This document shows, piece after piece, positions 50,299 to 59,208 of a stretch of DNA of 64,000 bases. The DNA is from an uncultured Oscillospiraceae bacterium (GTDB taxonomy: Bacteria; Bacillota; Clostridia; Oscillospirales; Oscillospiraceae), in the NCBI GenBank assembly GCA_934654755.1, contig CAKUGQ010000004.1, positions 52,224 to 116,223 on the forward strand, given 5' to 3'. Made by a program: the position numbers and the translations under genes. Under the pieces are notes generated by a model. That model saw only the letters and a program-made list of their open reading frames with translations. It was not told where the DNA came from and did not search any database. Positions within the stretch are counted from its first letter, which is position 1, and the number at the start of each line of letters is the position of its first letter.

Positions 50299-50781
50299 TC
50301 AGTCCGTGTAGATGCGCTTGAGGTCGCTGATTGCGCCGCGCGGACATTTTACTGCGCACATCCCGCAGGACAGGCAGCGTGTTTCATCAATTACGGCGCA
50401 GTTGTCGTGCACGCGGATTGCTTCGGCGGTGCAGTTTTTTTCGCAGAGGCCGCAACCGATACAGCTTACGGCGCATTCCTGCCGCGCCTGTGCGCCTTTG
50501 TCGCGATTGGAGCAGGTGACAACGATGCGGTTGGCGCGGTCGTGCAGCCGCAGCACCTCGCGCGGACATTCGCGCACGCATTTACCGCAGCCGATGCAGC
50601 GCCCCGCATCCACCTCGGCCACGCCGAGCGCGTTGACTGAGACGGCTCCGAAGGGACAGACCTCCGCACAGCGTCCGCAGCCGACACAGCCGCAGCGGCA
50701 TGCCGGTTCCGTGCGCAGATTCGCGCGGCAGCCGCCCTTGCAGAGCACGACGGCCGTGCGGGGAGAAACTCGTTTTGCCAT
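50299..50781 (-). CDS. Poly-ferredoxin-like 4Fe-4S cluster protein
   Basis: Four CxxCxxCxxxCP motifs in 160 aa. AAAGGAG RBS. Immediately downstream of the Mo hydroxylase. Confidence 0.75.
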   Translation of the reverse strand: MAKRVSPRTAVVLCKGGCRANLRTEPACRCGCVGCGRCAEVCPFGAVSVNALGVAEVDAGRCIGCGKCVRECPREVLRLHDRANRIVVTCSNRDKGAQARQECAVSCIGCGLCEKNCTAEAIRVHDNCAVIDETRCLSCGMCAVKCPRGAISDLKRIYTD

Positions 50782-50782
50782 G

Positions 50783-53359
50783 TTACTCGCTCCTTTCGTA
50801 GGGCGTATGCACCAGCGGCAGCACGGTGCGGCGCTCACCGTCGAGGCGGTAGTAGGCGTCGGCAATGGCGGGTGCGGTGGGAATGGAAGTGATTTCGCCG
50901 ATGCCGATGGCGCCGCAGGCGACGTTCAGGCCGGGCTTGTCGATCACGATGGCCTTGATGTCCGGAATTTCATGGGCGCGGATCAGACCGAGCGCGCCGT
51001 ATTTGTCGATGGGCTTGCAGTTTTCGTCGATCGGGTACCGCTCGCGCAGGGCATAGCCCATGGACATGACCACGCCGCCTTCGATCTGCCCCTCGCAGGA
51101 CAGCGGGTTGACGGCTTTTCCGACGTCGTGCGCGGCGACGAGCCGTTCGATTCTGCCGGTTTTTTTGTCCAGAATGCACATCTGCGTGGCATAACCGTAG
51201 GCAACGTGGGAGACGGGGTTCGGCACGTTTGCACCCAGCGGGTCGGTCTTGGCGAGGTATTCGCCGTAGAATTCCTGCCCGGCCAGCGCCGAAAGCGGCG
51301 CGGAACGCAGCGCTTCGTTCAGTTTTTCGCAGGCACGACGGCAGGCTTCGCCCGTTACAAGTGTCTGGCGCGAGCCGGAGGTATCGCCGGAGTCCGGCGC
51401 AATCCAGGTGTTGTTGCGCTCGTAGACGATCCGGTCGCGCGGCAGGTTCGTATTTGTAACGACCATCTGTACCAGTACGGTGCCGAGTCCCTGACCGATG
51501 CAGGACGCGCCGGCGTAGATATGCAGCTTACCGTCGGCTTCGACAATGAGCTTGCAGCGTCCCCAGTCCGGCAGGCCGACGCCGACGCCGGCATTTTTCA
51601 TTGCACAGGCGATGCCGACGGGCTTGCCTGCCGCGAGAGCGGCGTCGTAGTCCGCTTTGACGGCCTCCAGCGTTTCGACCAGACCGGTCGAATCGTCAAC
51701 AATCTGACCGTTCGGCAGCACGCCCCAGGGGCGGATGGCGTTGCGGTAGCGGATTTCCCACGGGGTAATGCCAACCTCGTCGGCCAGCATGTCCAGCAGC
51801 GTTTCCGTAGCGAAGCAGGTTTGCGTTACGCCGAAGCCGCGGAAAGCGCCCGCGGGCGGGTTGTTCGTGTAATATGCCGTGCCTTCGATCTCAAAGTTTT
51901 CGTAGGCATAGGGACCGGCGGCGTGCGTGCAGGCGCGCTCCAGAACCGGCCCGCCCAGTGAGGCAAAAGCGCCGGTATCGGAGGCGACCTTGGCCTTGAC
52001 GCCGAGGATCCTGCCGTTTTCGTCGCAGCCCATTGTGAAATCCATCACGAAGCTGTGGCGTTTGGGGTGAACCAGCAGCGATTCCGCACGGGAGAGCTTG
52101 ACCTTGACCGGGCGGCGGGTGTGGTATGCCAGCAGTGCGGCGTGGTGCTGGACGGACATATCCTCCTTGCCGCCGAAGCCGCCGCCGACCAGTGCGTTCT
52201 GCACCTTGACTTTCTTTGTACCGAGCATGAGCGTGCACTCGTGCAGCGTCGTGTGCGCGGACTGGTCGGTTGTGATGAGCATCACGTCTCCGTCGCCGTC
52301 AATATATGCGACGCAGCACTCCGGCTCCAGAAACGCGTGCTCCGTCCAGGGTGTTTCAAAGTGGCGGGAGACAACGTGCTTTGCCCCGGCGATGGCTGCC
52401 TCAGCGTTGCCGCGGGAGACGTGCTTATAAGCCTGCACATTGTCCTTTTCCTCGTCAAAGACACGCGGCGCGCCGGGTGCGGCTGCCTCGGCGATGGTAT
52501 GCACGGCGGGCAGCGGTTCGTATTCCACGCGGATGAGCTTTTTCGCCTTTTCCAGCGTCTCGCGGCTTTCCGCCGCGACAAGCGCTACGGCGTCGCCCAG
52601 GTAGTGCGTCAGGCCGCCGACGGGGATAAGGGTATACTGGTCGTGCTTGATATGGCCGATCTTGTTTTCCCCGGGGATGTCCTCGGCGGTCAGTACGGCG
52701 GCGACGCCGGGCAGCGCTTTTGCCGCAGAGGTATCAATGCTTCGGATGCGCGCGCGGGCGTACTTCGAGCGCAGCGCGGAGCCGTAGAGCATTCCTTCCG
52801 ATTCGTAGTCGTCCGGATATTTTCCGGTGCCGAGCACCTTCTCCTCCACGTCCAGCCGGTGCACGCGTGAGCCGATGCGCCAGTCCTGCGCTCCGTCCGG
52901 GATTACGCCCTCTCGCAGGATGCGCGCAGCGAGCTTTACGGCGGCGATGACCTTCACATAGCCGGTACAGCGGCAGTAATTATTGCGCAGGGCGGTTTTG
53001 ATTGCATCCTCGGTCGGGTCGTCGTCGCGGTCGAGCAGGGCTTTTGAACAGAGCACCATGCCGGGAATGCAGAAGCCGCACTGTACCGCGCCGGCTTCTC
53101 CGTAGGCGTAGGTGTAGACCTGCTTCTCCCATGCGCTCAGACCCTCCACGGTAAGAATACTGCGGCCCTCCAGCCGATCGGTCGAGGGGACGCAGGCGCG
53201 GCAAGGCTCGCCGTCGATGAGCACGGTACAGGCGCCGCAGGCGCCCTCGGAGCAGCCATCCTTGACGGAGTGCAGATGCAGCTCGTCGCGTAAAAAGCGC
53301 AGCAGGCTTTGCTTGCCCTGTGTCGTGACCTGTTGACCATTTACAATAAAAGTCGCCAT
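50783..53359 (-). CDS. Mop-like molybdopterin-dependent hydroxylase/aldehyde oxidoreductase with fused N-terminal 2x[2Fe-2S] domains
   Basis: N-terminal CSEGACGACTV and CGFCIPG [2Fe-2S] motifs, then an xanthine dehydrogenase-family Moco domain (about 860 aa total), with no FAD domain. AAGGAG RBS. Confidence 0.85.
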   Translation of the reverse strand: MATFIVNGQQVTTQGKQSLLRFLRDELHLHSVKDGCSEGACGACTVLIDGEPCRACVPSTDRLEGRSILTVEGLSAWEKQVYTYAYGEAGAVQCGFCIPGMVLCSKALLDRDDDPTEDAIKTALRNNYCRCTGYVKVIAAVKLAARILREGVIPDGAQDWRIGSRVHRLDVEEKVLGTGKYPDDYESEGMLYGSALRSKYARARIRSIDTSAAKALPGVAAVLTAEDIPGENKIGHIKHDQYTLIPVGGLTHYLGDAVALVAAESRETLEKAKKLIRVEYEPLPAVHTIAEAAAPGAPRVFDEEKDNVQAYKHVSRGNAEAAIAGAKHVVSRHFETPWTEHAFLEPECCVAYIDGDGDVMLITTDQSAHTTLHECTLMLGTKKVKVQNALVGGGFGGKEDMSVQHHAALLAYHTRRPVKVKLSRAESLLVHPKRHSFVMDFTMGCDENGRILGVKAKVASDTGAFASLGGPVLERACTHAAGPYAYENFEIEGTAYYTNNPPAGAFRGFGVTQTCFATETLLDMLADEVGITPWEIRYRNAIRPWGVLPNGQIVDDSTGLVETLEAVKADYDAALAAGKPVGIACAMKNAGVGVGLPDWGRCKLIVEADGKLHIYAGASCIGQGLGTVLVQMVVTNTNLPRDRIVYERNNTWIAPDSGDTSGSRQTLVTGEACRRACEKLNEALRSAPLSALAGQEFYGEYLAKTDPLGANVPNPVSHVAYGYATQMCILDKKTGRIERLVAAHDVGKAVNPLSCEGQIEGGVVMSMGYALRERYPIDENCKPIDKYGALGLIRAHEIPDIKAIVIDKPGLNVACGAIGIGEITSIPTAPAIADAYYRLDGERRTVLPLVHTPYERSE

Positions 53360-53479
53360 GTGAAATAACTCCTTTAAAGGGATTGCACAATGATTATAGC
53401 AGCAAATCCGACAAAATGCAAGGCAAAATCGCGGCACGTTTTGGGTTGCATGTAAAAAACTGCCGCTGCGCGGCGGTTA

Positions 53480-53545
53480 TGTCATTACGAGGGCGGCTCT
53501 GCCGCCCGTGGCAATCTCCTGTAAGCCCCGTATCAGATTGCCGCG
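53480..53545. repeat. Palindromic intergenic repeat (copy 11)
   Basis: GTCATTACGAGGGCGGCTCTGCCGCCCGTGGCAATCTCCTG...CAGATTGCCGCGTTG. Confidence 0.65.
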
Positions 53546-53582
53546 TTGCTTCCCCGCGCAGCGCGAGCGATACGGGAGCGGG

Positions 53583-54728
53583 TCAGCCGCGCAGAATCGC
53601 GGTGATGGCGGCGCAGGTTTCGTCGATTTCCGCCTCGGTCGTAAACGCACCGGGACAGAAGCGCACTACGCCCTGCGGAAAGGTGCCGAGGGCTTTGTGT
53701 GCAGCGGGGGCACAGTGCATTCCGCAGCGCGTGAGTATGCCGTATTCCTGCTCCAGCCGGAAGGCGACTTCGGCGTTATCGCGCTCTAAAAAGTCCAGTG
53801 AAATGACGCCGACCCGCTCGTCAAGCCGTTTGGAGCCTGCCAGACGCAGGCCGTCCAGACCGTCGATATTTGCGAGGAAGCGCGCGGTCAGCGCCCGCTC
53901 ATGTGCGTGCAGACGCGCAACGGTCTGCGCCTCAATCCATGCCAGCGCCGCCTCCAGCCCGAACAGGCCGGGCAGGTTTGGCGTCCCGGCTTCAAAGCGG
54001 TCGGGCATAAACTCCGGCGGTATCTCGCTGTCAGACACGCTGCCCGTTCCGCCGGAAACGAGCGGTTCCAATGCTGCCGCCAATTCTGCCGACAGCAGCA
54101 GGATGCCCGTTCCTGCCGGGCCGAGCAGACCCTTGTGGCCCGGCGCGGCCAGTGCGCTCAGATGCAGCGCCGTAAAGTCGATTGGGTAGTGTCCGGCGGT
54201 CTGCGCCGCGTCGAGTGCGAAGAAAACACCGTGCGCCGCGCAGATCTCACCGACGCGGCGTGCGTCCTGTACCGTTCCGGCAACGTTTGAGGCGTGCGCC
54301 ATGACGAGCAGACGGGTACTCGGCGTCATATGGGCTTCGATCGCGTCGGGATCGAGCCATCCTTCGCGGTCGCAGGGTAGGCGCGAGAAGCTCACGCCCT
54401 GCGTGCGGAGCTGATGCAGCGGGCGCATAACGGCGTTGTGCTCCATGGCGCTGACCAGGCAATGGTCGCCGGGCCGCAGCAGTCCTTTGAGAAGCTGGTT
54501 CATGCCGAAGGTCATACCGGGCGTAAGCACGGCGTGGCTCGGGTCAGGGAAGTGAAAGAGCCGGCACAGCCGCTCACGCAGCGACAGCACGCGCAGCTCG
54601 GCCTCCTGTGCAGGGCCGTAGACACCGCGATTGACGTTGACGCCAATTTTTGTCATATAATAGCACATCGCTTCCGCGACCTGCGGCGGTTTTGGCAGGC
54701 TTGTCGCGCCGTTATCCATATAAATCAT
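53583..54728 (-). CDS. Class V aminotransferase-fold PLP enzyme (NifS/cysteine desulfurase/selenocysteine lyase-like)
   Basis: MIYMDNGATS N-terminus and class V fold length (about 380 aa). ATGA overlap with the upstream yqeC-like gene. Confidence 0.78.
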   Translation of the reverse strand: MIYMDNGATSLPKPPQVAEAMCYYMTKIGVNVNRGVYGPAQEAELRVLSLRERLCRLFHFPDPSHAVLTPGMTFGMNQLLKGLLRPGDHCLVSAMEHNAVMRPLHQLRTQGVSFSRLPCDREGWLDPDAIEAHMTPSTRLLVMAHASNVAGTVQDARRVGEICAAHGVFFALDAAQTAGHYPIDFTALHLSALAAPGHKGLLGPAGTGILLLSAELAAALEPLVSGGTGSVSDSEIPPEFMPDRFEAGTPNLPGLFGLEAALAWIEAQTVARLHAHERALTARFLANIDGLDGLRLAGSKRLDERVGVISLDFLERDNAEVAFRLEQEYGILTRCGMHCAPAAHKALGTFPQGVVRFCPGAFTTEAEIDETCAAITAILRG

Positions 54729-55411
54729 CGTGCTTCCTCTCCCTGTAGGCGTAAGAATCCGTCGTTCCACAGACTGCCTGCCCAGACGGGTGCATCGAGC
54801 AGCTTCGCCAACTTGCGCGCCGCGGCCATCCGTTCCGGCGATTCGGCTTTATTGACCAGAAACACATCGCCGTAACGTTCGGCACGCAGTACGGCGGCCG
54901 CCCGCTCCGGCGTCACCGGATCCTCGGGACAGGCGCCGCACAGAGCTGCATAGCGCTCCGGCCGGTGGCAGACCTCCGAGATCGGACGGCCGAAGCCGTC
55001 TGCGCCGAGCACGCAGACCGTCCGGGCCGTGCGCTCCGGGATGACGGGTTCGTGCGGCGCATGTGCTTTGAGCGGCAGACGCTTTGCGCCGTCGGCTTCG
55101 ACGATCACAAAGTCCGCCAGCTCCGTCAACCGCGAGACCGGCAGCGCAGGCGGGCCGAATTTTCCCTCGACGCTGCGCGTGGCAAGGCAGAGCAGTCCTT
55201 CGTCGGCCAGCGCTGCCGCAATCTCTGCTTCATCGCTGACGAGCAGCGTTTTTATTCCCTGCGGCGGGTAGAACTTTGTCGTGGTGCACAGAATCACCCG
55301 GCCGTATGCACGGTAAGCGCGGCCGAGCCGCTCCAGCAGCGTCGATTTCCCGCCGCCGCCGATGAGCGCCGTAATACCGCCGATCGGCGGCAGAAACTCC
55401 GTCAGTGTCAT
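54725..55411 (-). CDS. yqeC: YqeC-like selenium-dependent molybdenum hydroxylase accessory protein
   Basis: About 228 aa, P-loop ALIGGGGKST, overall composition like the YqeC family. Assigned from memory of TIGR03172 and not searched. Confidence 0.55.
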   Translation of the reverse strand: MTLTEFLPPIGGITALIGGGGKSTLLERLGRAYRAYGRVILCTTTKFYPPQGIKTLLVSDEAEIAAALADEGLLCLATRSVEGKFGPPALPVSRLTELADFVIVEADGAKRLPLKAHAPHEPVIPERTARTVCVLGADGFGRPISEVCHRPERYAALCGACPEDPVTPERAAAVLRAERYGDVFLVNKAESPERMAAARKLAKLLDAPVWAGSLWNDGFLRLQGEEAR

Positions 55412-55535
55412 GGTTGATGGTCCTTTGTTCGTGTTTTTTCTATCATAACACAAAACCGATGCTTCCGCCAGCAAAAAACTTGCATTGCCCGCCGAAATGC
55501 GCTATAATGAAGAAAAAACGAAAGGGGAACACACC

Positions 55536-56831
55536 ATGGGACTCATTAAAGCGGGAATCGGAGCGATAGGAGGCACGTTGGCGGATCAGTGGAAGGAGTT
55601 TTTCTACTGCGAGTCCATGCCGAAGGAAGTGCTCGTCACAAAGGGACAGAAGCGGATTACGGGACGCTCGTCCAACACGAAGGGCAACGACAACATTATC
55701 TCCAACGGCTCCGGCATTGCCGTGGCCGACGGACAGTGCATGATTATCGTGGAGCAGGGTAAGGTCGTGGAGGTGTGCGCCGAACCGGGCGAGTTTACAT
55801 ACGATACCTCGACCGAGCCGAGCATCTTCACCGGTTCGCTGGGAAAGGGAATCCTGGATACGTTTAAGACGATCGGCAAGCGCTTCACCTACGGCGGCGA
55901 CACCGGCAAGGATCAGCGGGTGTACTATTTCAACACCAAGGAGCTGATCGACAATAAATTCGGCACGCCGAATCCCATACCGTTCCGCGTGGTGGATCGC
56001 AAGATCGGACTGGACGTAGACGTATCGGTGCGCTGCTCGGGTGTGTATTCGTATAAGATCGCCGACCCGCTGCTGTTCTATACGAACGTGTGCGGGAACG
56101 TGGAAAAGGAATATACCCGCGACGAGCTGGACGGCCAGCTCAAGACGGAGTTTATCAGCGCGTTGCAGCCGGCCTTTGGCAGACTTTCCGATCTGGAGAT
56201 GCGGCCGAATCAGATTGTCAGCCACAATACCGAGCTGGAGGAAGCCATGAACGCGGCGCTCTCGGCCAAGTGGGGCGAGCTGCGGGGTCTGAAGGTTGTC
56301 AGCATTGCGCTCGGCTCGGTCACGCTGCCGGACGAGGACGCAGAGATGATCAAGCAGGCGCAGCGCACGGCCATCATGCGCGATCCGACAATGGCGGCAG
56401 CGACGCTGGTCGGAGCGCAGGCGGATGCGATGAAGGCGGCAGCGGCGAACGAAAACGGCGCGATGACCGGCTTTATGGGCATGGGTATGGCTATGAACGC
56501 AGGCGGCGGTATGAACGCACAGAATCTGTTCGCCATGGGTCAGCAGCAAGGGCAGCAGGCGCAGCAGCCGCCGCAGGGCGGCTGGAAATGTCCGCAGTGC
56601 GGCGCCGCCGTCGACGGCAACTTCTGCCCCGAGTGCGGCACGAAGAAGCCCGCCGAGAGCGGAAGCTGGACCTGTGCCTGCGGCACGGTGAATCAGGGAA
56701 AGTTCTGCCGCAACTGCGGTACAAAGAGACCGGCCGGCCGCTGCGGTAAGTGCGGCTGGACACCCGAGGATCCCGCACATCCTCCCAAATTCTGCCCCGA
56801 ATGCGGCAGCCGCTTCGGCGACGAGGGTTGA
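55536..56831 (+). CDS. SPFH/Band-7-like domain protein with C-terminal multiple zinc ribbons
   Basis: MGLIKAGIGAIGGTLADQWKEFF N-terminus of the SPFH-like family, a Gly/Met/Gln-rich linker, then three CPxCG...CxxCG zinc ribbons. Confidence 0.62.
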   Translation: MGLIKAGIGAIGGTLADQWKEFFYCESMPKEVLVTKGQKRITGRSSNTKGNDNIISNGSGIAVADGQCMIIVEQGKVVEVCAEPGEFTYDTSTEPSIFTGSLGKGILDTFKTIGKRFTYGGDTGKDQRVYYFNTKELIDNKFGTPNPIPFRVVDRKIGLDVDVSVRCSGVYSYKIADPLLFYTNVCGNVEKEYTRDELDGQLKTEFISALQPAFGRLSDLEMRPNQIVSHNTELEEAMNAALSAKWGELRGLKVVSIALGSVTLPDEDAEMIKQAQRTAIMRDPTMAAATLVGAQADAMKAAAANENGAMTGFMGMGMAMNAGGGMNAQNLFAMGQQQGQQAQQPPQGGWKCPQCGAAVDGNFCPECGTKKPAESGSWTCACGTVNQGKFCRNCGTKRPAGRCGKCGWTPEDPAHPPKFCPECGSRFGDEG

Positions 56832-56843
56832 ATCTGAGCGCTT

Positions 56844-57929
56844 ATGGCTACTTTATTAGAATATAAATGCCCCTGCTGCGGCGGCGCGATCGAATTCAAC
56901 AGCGGCCTGCAAAAGCTGAAGTGTCCGTATTGCGATACGGAGTTTGACCCCGAGGCGCTCCGTGCGCAGGACGAGGTGCTGAAAAACGAACAGCCGGACG
57001 AGATGAACTGGCAGACGGCGCAGGAAAGCACCTGGACGCAGGATGAGACGGACTCCATGCGTGTTTATGTCTGTAAGTCCTGCGGTGGCGAGATCATTGC
57101 CGAGGAGACAACCGGCGCGACAAGCTGCCCCTATTGCGGCAACCCCGTCGTGATGGCGGGCGCCTTTTCCGGTGCGCTGCGGCCGGATTATGTGCTGCCC
57201 TTTAAGCTCGACAAGCAGGCGGCCAAGGCTGCGTTTGCCGCACATCTGAAGGGGAAGCGTCTGCTGCCGAAGGTATTCTCCTCCGAGGCGCATATCGACA
57301 AGATCCAGGGACTCTATGTTCCGTTCTGGCTCTTTGATGCGGATGCGGACGCCGATCTGCGCTACCATGCCACGCGGGTGCGCACCTGGTCGGACTCCAG
57401 ATATGATTACACCGAGACCTCGCATTTTTCCGTGCTGCGCTCCGGCGACCTGGGCTTTGACCGTGTGCCGGTGGACGGCGCCGGGAAAATGCCCGATACG
57501 CTGATGGAATCCATCGAGCCGTATGACTATTCCCAGCTCGTCGATTTCCAGACGGCATATCTGGCAGGTTATTTGGCGGATAAATATGACATGACTGCCG
57601 AACAGTGTATCCCCCGTGCGAACGAGCGTATCAAGCGCTCGACGGAGGAAGCCTTCCGCGAGACGGTCAAGGGCTATGCGACCGTCCGCCCGGAGCATTC
57701 GACCATTCGCCTGACCAACGGCAAAACGCATTACACGCTCATGCCGGTCTGGGTGATGCACACGAGTTGGCGCGGGCAGGAGTATCTGTTTGCGATGAAC
57801 GGTCAGACCGGCAAATTTGTCGGCAACCTGCCGATGGATAAAGGCGCGTACTGGCGCTGGTTCCTCGGCCTGACGGCGGCGGTCGGACTGCTGACCTATG
57901 CCATCGAGTGGCTGATCCATAGACTGTAA
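56844..57929 (+). CDS. Zinc-ribbon protein with C-terminal transmembrane anchor
   Basis: Two CPxCG...CPYC ribbons at the N-terminus, an unknown central domain, and a C-terminal TM helix. Confidence 0.5.
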   Translation: MATLLEYKCPCCGGAIEFNSGLQKLKCPYCDTEFDPEALRAQDEVLKNEQPDEMNWQTAQESTWTQDETDSMRVYVCKSCGGEIIAEETTGATSCPYCGNPVVMAGAFSGALRPDYVLPFKLDKQAAKAAFAAHLKGKRLLPKVFSSEAHIDKIQGLYVPFWLFDADADADLRYHATRVRTWSDSRYDYTETSHFSVLRSGDLGFDRVPVDGAGKMPDTLMESIEPYDYSQLVDFQTAYLAGYLADKYDMTAEQCIPRANERIKRSTEEAFRETVKGYATVRPEHSTIRLTNGKTHYTLMPVWVMHTSWRGQEYLFAMNGQTGKFVGNLPMDKGAYWRWFLGLTAAVGLLTYAIEWLIHRL

Positions 57930-57941
57930 GGGGGAAAGACA

Positions 57942-58709
57942 ATGAAACGACTGTTTTCTCTCCTGCTGGCGCTGGCGCTCTGCGCGGCGCTCTGTGCCGG
58001 TGCATTGGCCTCCGAGTCGCTGCTGATCGACGATGCCGGCCTGCTCGGCGCCGCCGAGGCGGGCGCGCTGGAAACGACCCTGCGGGAACTGCAAGCCTCG
58101 ACAGGATATGACGTTGTCATTGTTACCGTGCAGTCGCTCGGCGGAAAGACGGTAGCGGACTATGCACAGGACTTTTACACAACCGGCGGCTATGCCGAAA
58201 ACGGCGTGATGTTCCTGATTGCGATGGATGAGCGCAGATGGGACATCTCCTCCTACGGCGAGGGCGAATACAAATTTGCCGCCGGTCGCCGCGAGTACAT
58301 CGGCGACAAGGTGCAGCCGCTGCTCTCCGACGGCGATTACTACGGCGCGTTTTCCGCCTTTGCCGAGCAGGTGCAGGGCTTCTTCGACGGGATGAACTCC
58401 GGCGATCTGGACGATACCGAGCTGCCGGTCGAGCCGATGTCCTTCCTTGCGGTGGTGATTGCATTCGCGGTGGGACTGGTCGCGGCGCTGATCGTGACCG
58501 GTGTGATGCGCGGCAAGCTCAAAACCGTGCGCCCCAGAGACAGTGCCGGGGACTATGTCCGTGCGGGCAGCATGAACCTGCGCGCGCAGTCCGACAGCTT
58601 CCTGTATAGCAACGTGACGCGCACGGAGCGTCCGCGAAACGATTCGCATTCCTCCGGCGGAGGCGGCGGCTCATCCAGCTCCGGCAACCATACCAGCGGC
58701 AGCTTCTGA
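57942..58709 (+). CDS. TPM-domain (YgcG-like) membrane protein
   Basis: Signal peptide. TPM motif LIDDAGLL...VVIVTVQSLGG. A TM helix and a Gly/Ser-rich tail. Confidence 0.7.
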   Translation: MKRLFSLLLALALCAALCAGALASESLLIDDAGLLGAAEAGALETTLRELQASTGYDVVIVTVQSLGGKTVADYAQDFYTTGGYAENGVMFLIAMDERRWDISSYGEGEYKFAAGRREYIGDKVQPLLSDGDYYGAFSAFAEQVQGFFDGMNSGDLDDTELPVEPMSFLAVVIAFAVGLVAALIVTGVMRGKLKTVRPRDSAGDYVRAGSMNLRAQSDSFLYSNVTRTERPRNDSHSSGGGGGSSSSGNHTSGSF

Positions 58710-58815
58710 GCGCCGGGATTCTAAAACAAAAAACCGCTCCTCGGGCGTGTGCCGATAAGACAGTAATTTGAGGAAATTACAAAATCGGCATCTGCCAAGC
58801 AGGATTGGACAACAA

Positions 58816-58857
58816 AACAGGCGGCACTCAACTTCGGTTGGGTGCTGCCTGCTTTTG
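58816..58857 (+). terminator. Intrinsic terminator after the TPM gene
   Basis: aggcggcactcaac-ttcg-gttgggtgctgcct followed by GCTTTTG. Confidence 0.5.
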
Positions 58858-59149
58858 TACATCTAAGGGTTGAAAAGCACTGATTTTCAGCGCTGTAAAG
58901 CAAGGATAGTAAAAAGGTGAAATAGTTATCGCTTTTATGCGGTTTCTTTGTGAAACAGCGAATTGCTGCATAGTGCATACGGTACGCTGGAGAGTGTGTA
59001 TATTTACGGTTGTGCAAAACACCCCACAAAACCGCAAAGACGATAGGCGGGTATTTCGATGCAGAGTATGTTCGACACTGTGGAAACTGAAAATCAGCTT
59101 GTATTCGCAGAAAAGTTACATTTTAAGGCGGTAAATTTCAGGTATCATA

Positions 59150-59177
59150 TTGAAAACAGACCGCGCCTTGTGGTATA
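59150..59177 (+). promoter_or_regulatory. Extended -10 sigma-A promoter for mcrBC
   Basis: TTGAAA, then 18 nt, then TGGTATAAT. Confidence 0.45.
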
Positions 59178-59208
59178 ATGTGTGTACACACTTTTGAGGA
59201 GGTGCAGC

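Noticed and set aside
50312-51961. 549-aa plus-strand ORF opposite the Mo hydroxylase
   Set aside because: Antisense artefact. The minus strand has 2Fe-2S and Moco motifs.
56856-58649. 597-aa ORF antisense to the zinc-ribbon and TPM genes
   Set aside because: Arg/Gly/Ala-rich and without motifs. The sense genes have RBSs and domain motifs.
58880-59097. 11-bp inverted repeats ctgattttcag / ctgaaaatcag about 190 bp apart upstream of mcrB
   Set aside because: They are short and AT-rich. They could be chance or an island junction, and are not enough to call.
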